From Lytechinus pictus (Eukaryota), in assembly GCF_037042905.1 (NCBI RefSeq), contig NC_087245.1:31808001-31868000 (forward strand): a DNA stretch of 60,000 nt, in the 5' to 3' direction. Of this stretch, positions 1-12,306 are shown piece by piece. The notes below the pieces were generated by a model. The model saw only the letters and a list, made by a program, of their open reading frames with translations. It ran no database searches and was not told the DNA's origin. The position numbers were made by a program, and so were the translations under genes. Positions within the stretch are counted from its first letter, which is position 1. Every line of letters starts with the position of its first letter.

Positions 1-96
1 AGGTTAGTAGCAGTGAAAACCGAAGAAAACGTTTTCACAGGGGAAAAGATGATTTGATCCCAAAATATGGAAAATAACCTTTTTACTAAGGGACCC

Positions 97-282
97 CAGG
101 GTCCCGTAACGTGTTCGCTATGGTCATAAGGTTAGCTACGGTCATAATGGACAAAGGATATGAAAGAATGCCACTGATTGGTTCCTGGTTAGTGTTTTGA
201 ACAAAATAGCCATCTAACCATAATGCTGATTGGTCATCGATATATAACAATTGATTGCAAACCTTTGTGTTATGGAGCCACA
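97..282. mobile_element. Degenerate MITE-like element (GGGGTCCCGTAAC...GTTATGGAGCC termini)
   Basis: Imperfect inverted termini similar to the element at 45316-45449. Confidence 0.4.
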
Positions 283-375
283 GAAGTTTAATATGGGTTT
301 GGTTTTTTTTATCTCATTTTGGAAAGAAGGAAGAAAAATATTTTTTTTGATGTAGAATGTCTTATTATTTCCCTC

Positions 376-518
376 CAGGGGCTCATTTTGTGAAGAGTTC
401 CAACTGTCGTAACTTTGCCATTATGGCAATTACCATGGTAACAGGGCTCAGCAGCCAATCACAATCAAGGTTTCATGGTCATTGCCATAGTTGTCAGTCT
501 CTATGAAACAGGGTCCAA
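376..518. mobile_element. Degenerate MITE (CAGGGGCTCATTTTGTGAAGAG...CTCTATGAAACAGGGTCC)
   Basis: Imperfect terminal inverted repeats around a CCATGGTAAC/CAGCCAATCA core; related cores near 930-1040 and 35270-35400. Confidence 0.5.
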
Positions 519-695
519 ACTAGTTTAGCACAGTCATTTTACAGGAATGAAATACATGGGCTAAGAAGCACAATTCCTATGGTAACTGTCGGTTGTTTTC
601 ATAAGAAACATCCAACAACTCCTTTCATGAAATACTTTCCAGGATTTGCCTTTCATATTTGAGCGATGTTTAAAAGCAGCTGGCACTGCATTATG

Positions 696-903
696 TAATA
701 ATAATAACAATAATAGACAGTTCTTGTATAGCGCATAACACATTATGACTAACTTCTCTATGCGCGTCCATAGGACTTGGATATCCCGGCTGTAGCTCAA
801 GCAGCCTTCCGGCGCTCAGTGCATTTCAAGGAATAAATTCCTGCCAAATACCCATTCACCTCACCTGGGTTGAGTGCAGCACAATGTGGATAAATTTCTT
901 GCT
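696..903 (-). mobile_element. 5'-truncated SINE (tRNA-type family, MetaSINE-like central domain) with (ATT)n tail
   Basis: The reverse complement reads AGCAAGAAATTTATCCACATTGTGCTGCACTCAACCCAGGTGAGGTGAATGGGTA...GCGCTATACAAGAACTGTCTATTATTGTTATTATTA. Homologous copies lie at 11.8-12.1, 51.1 and 59.8 kb. Confidence 0.75.
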
Positions 904-1252
904 AAATTTAGATTTAAAGTTACTATTATGGTAGCCTTTACATCCAATGGCAACTTCCGTGGGATCACTGATTTTGATTGGCTGATTAGCATTGTTACAA
1001 TGGTAGTTACCAATGGATGGTGAAGTTACCATAATAGCAACTTTTACTTGATACAGCAAAGGTTTGCTTTTTCAACACAACTCAAATATGAAGTGCAATT
1101 CCTCAATTCATGCATTGCTATTTGATACTTAGAGTTGCATATTTTTTATAAAGAGTCCCTAGTTTTCATTTCTGCTGGGGATTCAATTTTTTTTTTTATC
1201 ATCACTAACATCACTTGATATTTTTCTCTCCCATTGTCATTATGTCTGACAG

Positions 1253-1335
1253 GAATTCAAGTTATGATATGATTAGCAACATCACCTCAAGTAAAGCACC
1301 AAAGTTCTATCTCTATGAAGTTGGGGGTAGCATAG
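1253..1335 (+). CDS. ARHGAP18: Rho GTPase-activating protein 18/28/40 (conundrum) family, penultimate coding exon
   Basis: Acceptor tgacag at 1252 and donor G|gtaagt at 1336. The 83-nt exon encodes NSSYDMISNITSSKAPKFYLYEVGGSIG, matching the LYEIGGNIGERCLD C-terminal motif of ARHGAP18-family proteins. Confidence 0.88.
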
Positions 1336-1935
1336 GTAAGTTGAAATTTTTGTAAATTATTTCCCCACTAACGTAGAATAAAGCTATGGCCTTTACCATA
1401 CCCTCCTTCTTGCCTGTGTCTGTAGATAACACCGTGGGTTTTTTTTAAAATCGCAGAGAAATCTCACTGGTAGCGAAACCATAGATATTACCTTTTTAGG
1501 TACCTATGAAAGTACTGAGTATGGAGTACTGATTATAAGTTTCTTTCATAAAGCCTTTTTATTTGAACCTATTGCACAGTGTGGAGGGCGCATCCAATAT
1601 GAAATTCAGCACCCAAATATGAAATTAACAAAATTATGTTGTCATCTACCTCTAAATTTCAATTATGATTTGAATCTTCTAATTTATACAAGAAATCATA
1701 AATATGCTCTATTTAATTAGATTAGGAGCCCCCACAATTTGTATTTGTTTGTCTGGATAATCTTTTAGATATTCTGATGTGATGTCCAATATAGAAGTGT
1801 TTGTGTAGATATATTTATATTGTTGAAATACAGAAAGTTTCTGAATAAAATTGATTTTTTGAATACTCTTTATTCTTGTATGCTGAGCAACACTTGATGC
1901 ATTCTTTCACTTTCCTCCTTTTTTTTTGATAACAG

Positions 1936-2027
1936 GAGAGCGGTGTCTGGATCCCGAGACAAACATGATGGCGCTGGTCAGGGTGAACCCGACGGCGGAG
2001 TGGATCATCAGGTGTAGGCCCACATGA
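1936..2027 (+). CDS. ARHGAP18: ARHGAP18-family RhoGAP, last coding exon (ends in TGA)
   Basis: Polypyrimidine tract plus aacag acceptor, in phase with the previous exon. Encodes (G)ERCLDPETNMMALVRVNPTAEWIIRCRPT*, compared with GERCLDDDTYMKDLYQLNPNAEWVIK in the vertebrate ARHGAP18 C-terminus (recalled, not aligned). Confidence 0.9.
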
Positions 2028-5000
2028 GGTCGAGGAACTCTCATCAGACTCATTTAATTTTGATAAAGTCTGTGAAGGAGACTGTTGTTGATTGGGGTTG
2101 CCAAGTCTCCCCGATTGTCGGAGAGACCCCCTGAAAATTGACTGATTTTCGAGTGGAAAAACTGCATATTTTCAACATCTACCTGATCCATACGTTGATT
2201 TCTTTCATTGGATTGTGTGTAATCGAGTAAAAACACTCTTTCCTCAGTAAATTCTCCCTGAAAGGTAAATGTTAAAGTTGGCATCTCTTGATTATGCCTG
2301 ATACTGTGGAAGCACTGAGGAAATTGTGTCGCTTGTACCATTGTACTTTTGTACGTGTGAGAAAGACAAAGAGGGGATTTTCATGGTGCTTTAAAAGATG
2401 AAGAAATCGACCTTGTGTAGAGATCTTCCTGTGAGGATTAATATTTTTGGTTGGTAACCAACTAACTTTGCATACCTGTCCTGCACATATCTCGATCAGC
2501 TACGCAAGACTTTTCTTCTTTCCTGGAAGTGACTGTTCCCAGCGACGCTTGCAGATAGAACTGTTCCTTGCAATGTTTCCCTGTGGAAAAAGCAAGCGAC
2601 ACTTGGAAGGTAGAACTGTACCTTTCATATATCCCTGTGGACAATCTGGCAACACTGGAATGGCTAAGTGGTCCTTTGCAATACTCTTTGTAAACAAGAT
2701 GGTGGAATCTGTCAAAAGCTCGTGCAGAACTTTATGTTACCTCAACTGAATTTTGATATACCAAGTTCTCTCTCTACTTTAAATGAAAGTAGACTAATCC
2801 TCAAGTAATATTGCAAGGAGAGATTATATATTCCAATCTCCATTAAATGTTCTGGTAGCAAAATTGCAATTTTTCCATAGGGCAGTTTAAATTCTGTAAA
2901 GGATTGCAGTCAAATATTGAAAGGCAATGTTTCCAAAATATCTCTTGCAAATATTGTATGCAGGATCATTTTCTGTTTAGTGTGACTAGATCACTTTGGT
3001 CTTGCATACTTTAAATTATGCCTAGTGATTGGTGTGTGAGATGACATCTATATGGTGCAAGTTTGTCCTTTCTTTACCAGATTTCATCCTGACAAAGTGT
3101 CTTTATATTGTACTTGGTATGCGAGAGATATTTGATGAAAAAATATTTATCATTTGCTACCATATTATTGAAAGATTTCAAGTCACATGCCAGAGTTAGT
3201 GCAATTTACTGGAGCAGTAATTATATCCAATCTTATGTGAATAACTGATTTGAGAAAACAACATTCCTGCACAAAACATTATTAGGTCCAAATTGGTAAG
3301 AGGCTACATGTACATTTTTCTTGTTTTAGCATGGTGTAAGCATTTTGATGATGAATCAAAAGAATTTATATTGCTGCACTAGGCACAATGCTTGGGCTAC
3401 TCCATATTTACATGTATGTTGTTGATATTGCTTTCTGATGCCTCTGCAACAACTCTTCTTTGATGATCAACAATCGTTAAAAGTGATTCTATTCAATTTT
3501 TGAAAGAAAAGAAGCCAGTATAACAAGCAATCAGTTTTGAGATACAAGCGAACTGTGAATTGAGTATTAAAATGGTACCAAAGTAGAATCATCATTCTCA
3601 TTTGCACACAGGGTAAACTTTAGTACATTGTGTACCTGTGGTCTTGATTCAATCTGATACTGACAACATTAATTTAGTAGGCCTCTTAGTTTATCAAATA
3701 TATATGTAAGAGATTTTTTTCGAACAAAAAGGTTTGATTTATACCCAGATTCAGAAATTTTGTAGCGACCAAATGTGGATTTGACATATCGTAGACCAAA
3801 TAGGTGTTGGTACCATAAGCACATTCCTTCTGCATTGTACTGTTGCTTTATTCAGTGTTGCAAGTTAATATGCTCAGTTTTATGGGATTTGAGATGGTGA
3901 CGCTTTGGAAACGACAAAATATTTAAAAAAAAGACACATACAAAATTTCCTTTTAGAAAATGATGTGAAAGTGACAATTAGTGTTATCACAAAAATCTAT
4001 GATATTTTCATAATTGTAGCTGCCAAATTATAAACTGGTGAAATATTGAAAGTTATTGGGTGCCCAAAACTAAATGATCTTTTTTAAAAGTCTTTGTGGC
4101 ATAATTTTCTATTTTTTTAGAATGACATGTTATATTGACAAAATTACTTGAAAAGATCAAAGAACCATATTAGCCAATACCACTTTCGATCTGCAGACTG
4201 CATACTGTAGCATTGAATTTTCTCAATGTTTAGGGATATGTTGCCACTCTTGACGGTTACTTTCATTCATAAATTTAGTTTGTTCATTTTCATCTCAGCT
4301 CAGAAAGATTCTATAATGTGAAGGAACAAAAATAATAAAATGTATATATTTTTTTTCTTGAAAGGAATGTGCTCAAGCTTTGTTAGTTTCTTCTCATTTT
4401 AATTCTTCTTTGTTTTCTCTTGCCCTTTAAAATGTTTACAGCTTATTGATTATGTTGCAACTCTCAACAATTTATTTATTTTCCAACAGTGCTGCTTAAA
4501 ATGGATTTCCGTTTTTGATTTGTAATGATTTTTCTTTTTGTCAGTGTGTGATGATAGCTGTGGATTGCTTATACCCATATTTGTATTTTCAATAATCTTT
4601 CTCAGATTTGTTCTTGTTATTGTTCATTGTGTGTTGAACAATATTTTTTTTGCAAAGGAGTGCAATTTTTCTTATGCTTTCATTATGACCAGCAATAGGT
4701 TTACAGGAATCGATACAGTAGGTTACAGATCCATGTTAAAATTCTGTAACTTTTTTTGGAGACATTTTATGACTCAATCCAGAAATTTGAAAAAAAGTCC
4801 AGTGGGTTTTAAAATGAGGTGCTAAGTTGTATGTCAATGATACTACTGCTTTCATTGTTAGATACTGCAAACATATAGCTATGCAAGCATATGGCATTAA
4901 CAGTTTTCTTGAATGAGAGATAAACTGCTCTTTACAAAGATCAAGACTGCGTTGTTCACAGTTGTCTTTTTTGGTGTAGTTCAACACAGATAAAAGGTGC

Positions 5001-7590
5001 ATGAATGGCTCTTTTCCTAGAAAATATATAAAACTTTGAGATATTATTTGTTGAATATCCAAAGAGGGGGAAAGAAACATATTCTTTATTGCCATTAAAT
5101 TCTCATGAAGCTTTCGGCAATATGTTAGTGTTTTTGTCGTGTGCGAGTGAGGCTGCGCAATCTATTACAAAATGAGTATGGTAGAACAACATCTAATTTT
5201 GCACTCAGTACTATAAGAGTTTGAAAGATGTTGGAAGGGATGTTGAATGGTGTAGCATAGTGTATATAGGTATTATAAAGTTGAACTATAAAGGAAAAGA
5301 ATTAATTATCTTGACATTCTGTACATATAAAGATGTTTCATGTTCAGTGTATGATTAGAAGTATGATACATGTAAGTGTAATTTGTGCAAGCGAATGGGT
5401 CTATTTGAATAGACCGTGTAGATTACTCTGTATATATGTACATGAAATTGCGACATGTCGCATAGAACAAATTCCAACTGCCCGTGATTGAACAACTCAT
5501 TGAAACTTAATGCTTTGATGTGATAGTGTGTAGTTTATATTCAGTGTAGGATGATATGTCAGGGAGATTCACTAAAGCTCATGCAAGTTTGAATATCGGA
5601 GTACAATATGAGTTGATTGGCATCGCCCTACAATTTCTGTATCTGTTGTATGATACTATTCGAGAAAACATTACTACTGATTTATATAAGGTATGTCTGA
5701 TGATAATGAAAGATTAAAAAATGCAAGATTTTTTTTTTTGCAAACCATTTTTTGCTATACAAAATTGACACGTTATTAACACATTATACCCAGCCAAGAT
5801 AAGTGTAAATTACCAACTGAAAAGGAATTGCTTTAATGAAATCAAGTTGTATGCAATCAAGTATTATTTAGCCATATGTATGATTCTAAGGAATTCATAT
5901 TAGGAAGAAATATTCAGAAGATATTAATATGAGATACTATCTATAACTGTTGATATCATTATCCCAAGATACCTGATTATTCTATTTCTTTTTATTGCTG
6001 TATTTCTATTTATACATCTCTCTAGATTTCTTTCCTGCTTTTAATTTTTTTTGTCAATCAAGAATATTGTAATGGCTTTTGCACATGACACTTGTTGGAT
6101 TTGTCAACCTATGAATTTGTTCAGAAATGATTTTTAAAAAGGATTTATGTCTGCATTAATATGAAAGGAAAACACTCTTTTCCCCATTCATGAAATTTTA
6201 CCTGTTTCATGATTTTGAAATAAGATTTTTTTTTTGGGCATATAAGATCATCACACCAATCTGATGTATTTTTTCAGTGAAATTGTAGTGTTATTTTACT
6301 TCTGTTAAAGACTCTGATTGATTGAATGTGCATAACAGTATGAGCACAAATAGATAATCATAACATCATTGTGGACTGGGCCATTCCACTTGAGAAGCAA
6401 AATCACATAACCTAACCTGGTCCAAAATATAGCAGACTTTGAATAAGAAGTATAAAAAACAAAACATCCATCATGTTCAAGAAATCTCTTGGTATATAAT
6501 GCAAGTTTTATTTCTGGCATTTATTTCTCAGTGCAACATATACTGTTGTGAAAATCCATAGCAAAGTGATCACCAGAAACCTTAATTTGGCAAATCTATG
6601 GAGAAATCATTAAATTGGCAATGCTCTGGAGAGTCTAAAATTCTTATTTTCCATACAATTTGGCAATCATATACAGTTACTTTGATAGGAAAGAAAACTA
6701 CTGTTCTTGGCAGTAATAAGAAGAAAAAACTGATCAAATCTCATTCTCTTTCTAGTATCTTTAATATTTCTTCTCTTGCATTTATCTCTTTCTGTCTCTG
6801 TCATTCCACCCCTCTCTTTCTTTCATTCTTTGACACTTCTCTCTTTCTTATAGGCACAAATACTTACACAATCTGTCTTTCTTTGTTTTCTCCACTTTCT
6901 TCTCATCTTTGTTTCCTTTTATATCTACCTTTATTCTTTCTAATTATCTGTTCAATTTTAATATTTTTATTTTGTCTTTTCTTTCTATATATTTTCTTTC
7001 TGCTCTCTATTTGTCTTTCTATCTACTGGCCGTGATGTGACGTACAATTCTTTTTTATTTTTTACTTTTTCAACTGTACGTGGAGTCGACTGAATGCCAT
7101 TTATTGTGCTCCATGGGACAAATATGTAGTGATTTAACCATTTCAGACACAAGAGTGAAAATTTGAAAGTAACAAAATATTTTCATGATCATGACATCGA
7201 GCAGCTGCGCTCTTGTTTTAATTTAAACTTTTTTTCAGTTATCATTCATATTATATTTGAGCGATTATCAAATCCTAGATCAACTCATGGAAAAGTGTCA
7301 TTCTTTGATGCATATTGATGTATTATACTGTATTTATATTAACTACATGTATAATGATGTATCATTCATTGAAAAAATATATTGTAAGAACTATATATAA
7401 TAAGTATATATATTTGTGTCAAATGTGTGCATAGATTGCATATATTTTCCACTTTTTCACATATTTTGATAAGAGACGAGAATATTTTTTGTGAGTAGGT
7501 GATAGACGCACTTACAGGAATATTACACAGATTGTGTATGCATTGATTAGTGTTCATAATAAAGGCACTTACTATGCACAATACCATAAA
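2028..7590 (+). other. Probable long (about 5.5 kb) 3'UTR of the RhoGAP gene
   Basis: T-rich and nearly free of the transposons seen elsewhere. A candidate AATAAA at 7558-7563 is followed by a GT/T-rich tract. The end point is inferred. Confidence 0.55.
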
Positions 7591-7635
7591 CCCACGCTGT
7601 CTTGCCGTTCTTTGTCAGTTCAATGCATCTAGTTA

Positions 7636-7962
7636 TTTGCTGCTGCTAGTGCTGCTGCTAGTACTACTACTATTACTACTACAAATACTACCACTACTAC
7701 TACTACTGTAACGGTTTATCATTCATAAAAAATATATTGTAAGAACTATTTATAAGAAGTATATGTATTTATGTCAAATGTGTGCATAGATTGCTATTGC
7801 TACCACTAAATACTACTACTACTTCTATTACAAATACTACCGATACTACTACTATTACTGCTACTACTTCTACTACAAATACTACCACCACTACTTTTAC
7901 TGCTACTACTTCTACTACTTCTACTACCACCACTACTACTATTACCACAAGTACTTCTACTA
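7636..7962. repeat. Imperfect (CTA)n microsatellite, interrupted by a local 80-bp duplication
   Basis: Direct reading of the sequence. Confidence 0.9.
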
Positions 7963-8416
7963 CCCTTTTGGGAGGACAGAGCCCTCAAAGGCCCCCCCCC
8001 CCTTCACGCCAATGATGACAAGTATAACAATCAAAATACGGGGCTGTTTGCTCTATGATGTACAGGAAAGAACAGGATATTAATTTCCTGAAATGTTAAA
8101 AAAAAATATCTGACTCGAACCTCTTCATACTTGCCATCTGTTCCTTATTTAAAAGGAAAGTCCCTATTTTGGGTAATAGAAAAACAACCATTTTCGCCCA
8201 TAATGACCGTGTCCCTATATTTATGAAATTTTGCCATATAGTTGTTTAGAAAAGTTAGCAATGTCCCTACTTAAATTCATTTTCTTTTTGTAATCCTTTG
8301 TCCCTGTTTATGAACTTGCAATGTTGGCAGACATACATCTTCATGAAAATCAAATATCTGATAAGATCTGGAACTATGTCACAATGCACACATGAATTCT
8401 CTCATTTCAAGTAGAC

Positions 8417-10939
8417 TTTATTCAATTCATTTGCATAATTTTTTTCTTAAACCATACAATTCACTGAACAAAACATGACCGGAACGAACGATTTCATATC
8501 TTTATCTAAAAATGGAAGCCCTTTGTTTTAAGGTCCGACAATGACAGTGAAAGAGCTAGAACTAGGGATTACTTCGCAATATCACATCCTTATTTGAAAT
8601 TTTTAGAATATGAGTTTTCTGCAACCTTGTTTAGCCGGTCCCCAAGGTCTCTAGCCCAAGCTGTAATTGACTACAGCCAGTCGACCATAACTCACAGCTC
8701 AATTTGTCACATGTACCAACCCAAACAGTTTGGATATTTCATATCCATGGAAATTTTCTCAATGAATTTCTAAGGAATGCACACAATTACTGTACATATA
8801 TATTTCATAATGCAATATCACAAATTATATAAAAGCAAGAAAATACATTCATCCAAAAAGTCAAACAATCTGAATTTCTTTAAAAGAATCTCCAGACTTC
8901 TAAGAATTGCAATAAAAGAGCAAATTGCAGAAGTATACAAGTAATATTTCATTATTTATAGTCTCTATGACAATATGTAAACAATTCAACTTTTTTTTTT
9001 TACAAAGGTTTTCTTATTATTTCATTATTCACCATGACAATTGGAGTTTGAGAGTTTAAAAAAAAAACAATTCAAGTTAAACATTAATACATATTTCAGT
9101 AACTTAAAAGGACACAATTGTCTTTATTATCATAATACCCTTCAGCATGTTTGTGAAGTTTACTACATTGTACATTCAGACCTATAAATAAGTAGACATA
9201 CCTTGTCTTTAACTATTGCAAATGCTATCCTTAATTTAAAAGCATGATTTTGTGCTTGGAAGACATCAAAACATAATATTCAAATACCTGTATTATAAAC
9301 TAATTCAAAAGAATCCCTGCATTTTGAAAACTTTGTGCAAGAGGACATCAGTACATGTACAAATAACATTTTCTGTGATGACCCTGTGTTTCCCGCTAAA
9401 TGATTGTGAAATTCGTAATCATTAAATGTTGTCCTTTTAATGAGACACCTACTATTATGCATCATCACAAACGTAATATCGCACTGGGTGATTTCAAATT
9501 CGGTGTTAGTATTTGAGTTGGTGTTAAAAAACACATTCCAGATTGCCTTCACAAAATTCAACACCTTACATGAAAGACATCATGTCATGGGACAAAATGA
9601 ATTTGTACATGTTATCATACTGGGTGATTCCAAATTCAGTTTTGGTGTTTGTGTTGGTGTTAAAACACATTTCAGAGTGCCTTTCCTGGCTCTAACACCT
9701 TATGCAAGTTTACAAAATTAATGTCGTCCCAAAAGATACACCATGTATCATTACCAGCAGGCATAAAGTGTGAGTTCAAATTGAGTGTTAGTGTAAGCAT
9801 TGGTGTTAAAACACAAGTCACTTTACCTTCCATATCTCTATCAAATATGTGAGTTTGCAAAATAATCCAAATCACAGTGCTAGCTCAACAGCTTGTGAAA
9901 TTAATCCCAGGTTCATTTCAAATCTGGTGTTGTGCTAATGTTAGAATCGACCCAACACCAAAAGATCAGCACCGAACTAGAAATCACTCGATGACTGCCT
10001 GCATTAATTCAAACATTGTTGAATCATCCCCTACAGATGTCATCTAAAAACAGTAAAACATCCATTACGCTATACTGATATTGCCATAAAACAAGCATAA
10101 ATATAAAGTTGTAACTTGTTGAACGCACTGTAGGTGTAGGGTGTGCAATGTACACACAGTTGATGAAAAGGAGCAGGGAGGTGATAATTTCTTCCCACAA
10201 ATCCCCTTTCATTTCCTTTTAACCCTCTGCCTACTGTAACCAGATGATCCCTGTACAAAGCCCATGGGAATACAGAATTCAGTAGTTAAGAGATTAAAAT
10301 CTTTTATAATTAGGTCCTCTATGAAAATATCTCTACTATACATCTCTTGAAATGGGGAGTGTCAGTTGGAACATACCACTGAGATGTATTTCCACATTAA
10401 TTCAGTTCAGTTTCATTTTTTTTTTCCATACTAGAGCACCAGGTATTTGTAGGGGGGGTACCAGGGTTTTTGCCTGAGGTTAGGGGGAGGGGTTATAGCC
10501 TAAAGGTGATATCATTAATATCTTCTGTTTGCAGAATGGGAACCCAGGCCTCTCATCGTTTTTCTTCTTTTCTTTCTCTTTTTTCCGTTTTTTTTTCCTC
10601 CTTACTTGAAAAATCAGGGGGGCTGCCCCTGGCTGTAAGGACATATAGATAATGTTATCTCATTAATTCCATCTGTGCGGCAGGTGTTGCACAGTAAACA
10701 TGGATAACTAAGAAAGAATTGATAACATTTGATTTTTATATGACGTTCATATTTTTCTAATAAAACTGCTGACTTTACATTCATACGTTTGTCACAAAAG
10801 GTACCCATCCCTATGAAGTATAATTTTTTCTTAGGACCTAATCCTATGAATAAAATTTCAAAAAACTATATATATTTTGATGATCGAAACAGATTTATCT
10901 GAATTAAAAACTTTGCACGTGTCGATCTTCGATCAGAGC
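8417..10939 (-). other. Probable 3'UTR of the histidine-brace protein gene; minus-strand AATAAA at 8417-8422
   Basis: TTTATT on the + strand at 8417-8422; the + strand is A-rich between this site and the stop codon. The extent is inferred. Confidence 0.45.
9380..9940. repeat. Diverged tandem repeat, period about 140 bp, roughly 4 units
   Basis: The motif CTGGGTGATTYCAAATTC.GT.TT.GT.TTTG.GTTGGTGTTAAAA.CACA recurs at about 9484, 9620 and 9768, and in degraded form at about 9915. Confidence 0.65.
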
Positions 10940-11041
10940 TCAAACAATGGTTGCCAATTTAACGTTTGCCCCATAGAGCATAATATCACTACACTGGTAG
11001 AATTCTTTCGGAGCTTGCGGGTTCTGTGTCACGTAAGCAAC
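10940..11041 (-). CDS. Secreted histidine-brace copper-binding LPMO/X325(Bim1)-like protein, exon 6 (last)
   Basis: Acceptor tcattctag; encodes VAYVTQNPQAPKEFYQCSDIMLYGANVKLATIV* with TGA at 10942-10940. FYQCxD is typical of the last strand of LPMO-fold proteins. Confidence 0.88.
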   Translation of the reverse strand, partial: VAYVTQNPQAPKEFYQCSDIMLYGANVKLATIV

Positions 11042-11466
11042 CTAGAATGATAATGAAACAAGACAAAAGGTTAGGACCTACTATTAATCAGACACCTGCT
11101 GGAAATTAATTGTGAAATACATGTACATTAGTTGGATGATATTTCACAAAGGGTGGCTTGGGAGGTATTGCAAGAAAGCAATCAATTGCAAATATCACTT
11201 GCAAATTTACAAGTGATCAGTTTTTTACTAAAGAAAATCAATTTATACTTGTTGATATAAAAAGCAGACTGGCAATCAATTACAAATTACCTACTTTCCC
11301 AAAACGCAAATGAACACCCATGAGTTGACGTTAACACACCTTTGCGAATTCAGGCCAGAGTCTTTAAGACAGCTCATTCCAATTCTTGAAAATGGTATAA
11401 ACATATTGGTAATAGCAATCTGAATTCTAAAACTATTATGTGAAATAATGAAATTGATAACTTTAC

Positions 11467-11494
11467 CTGCAATGTCCCTGGCTTATCCAACGGC
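11467..11494 (-). CDS. Histidine-brace protein exon 5 (28-nt microexon)
   Basis: ttttcttatctttcag|GCCGTTGGATAAGCCAGGGACATTGCAG|gtaaag. It joins phase-2 exon 4 to phase-0 exon 6 and encodes (V)PLDKPGTLQ. Confidence 0.8.
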
Positions 11495-11819
11495 CTGAAA
11501 GATAAGAAAAGATCAGAATGATAAATTAATTTTTACAGGTTGTGAAAGATGCTCATTTGCAAATGCTCTCACAAAGAAATGCACATTTAGCCAAATCAAA
11601 CCATAACCTGAAATTAACGGTAAGACTGATCATAATGCTCACATCATAGCCTATACAATAGCATAGCATATTAAAATTCTATAATGCATATTTTGAATAA
11701 AATTTGCCAGAGACTTATCAGATAAAACAACATCCAAAACTGTATTCTCTTATTGCAATTCATGCATGGGAATGCCTGATTTAATTGAGCACCGAAAAAA
11801 AAATCAATAAATTTGAATC

Positions 11820-12090
11820 ATTCAGTCTCCAGACTTTAAAACAGAGGTTCATGAGTTCTGATCCCAGCCATGGCATAGTTTCCTTCAGCAAGAAATTAAT
11901 CCACACGGCGCTTCTCTCAACCTAGGGTGAGGTAAATTGGTACCTGGCAGGGGTATATTCCTTGACATGCTCATGCTGTAAAAAATGCTTGCCGGTTGAG
12001 GGTAATAATATCCAAATCCCTTTTAAGCACATATGATCTTAAATATTACATGATATGTCATGTGCTTTACAAGAACTGAGTATCATTATT
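11820..12090 (+). mobile_element. Diverged tRNA-type SINE in intron 4 of the histidine-brace gene
   Basis: B-box-like GAGTTCTGATCCC, central TTCAGCAAGAAATTAATCCACA...GGTGAGGTAAATTGGTACCTGGCAGG, and tail TACAAGAACTGAGTATCATTATT. Confidence 0.7.
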
Positions 12091-12115
12091 GTAAAACAAG
12101 GATTTGTAAACTTAC

Positions 12116-12237
12116 ACGAAAGGCATGGTGACGTTCATAGAGTAGAGAGTGAGGGACGGGTCCGGAGTATCCTTGGTAGAATGCAACAGCTTGAAAGTCT
12201 GCTCTCCATCAAAACTCACAGATATTTTGAAGTATCC
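12116..12237 (-). CDS. Histidine-brace protein exon 4
   Basis: accaacag| ... |gtaagt; 122 nt encoding GYFKISVSFDGEQTFKLLHSTKDTPDPSLTLYSMNVTMPF(V). Confidence 0.88.
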
Positions 12238-12306
12238 CTGTTGGTCAATCAAACTTTATTTGCCTCAATTTTGATATCATACTATAATAAATTACATTAT
12301 CATTAA

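Noticed and set aside
6598..7035. 145-aa hydrophobic ORF resembling a membrane protein
   Set aside because: Translation of a CT-rich low-complexity tract in the probable 3'UTR.
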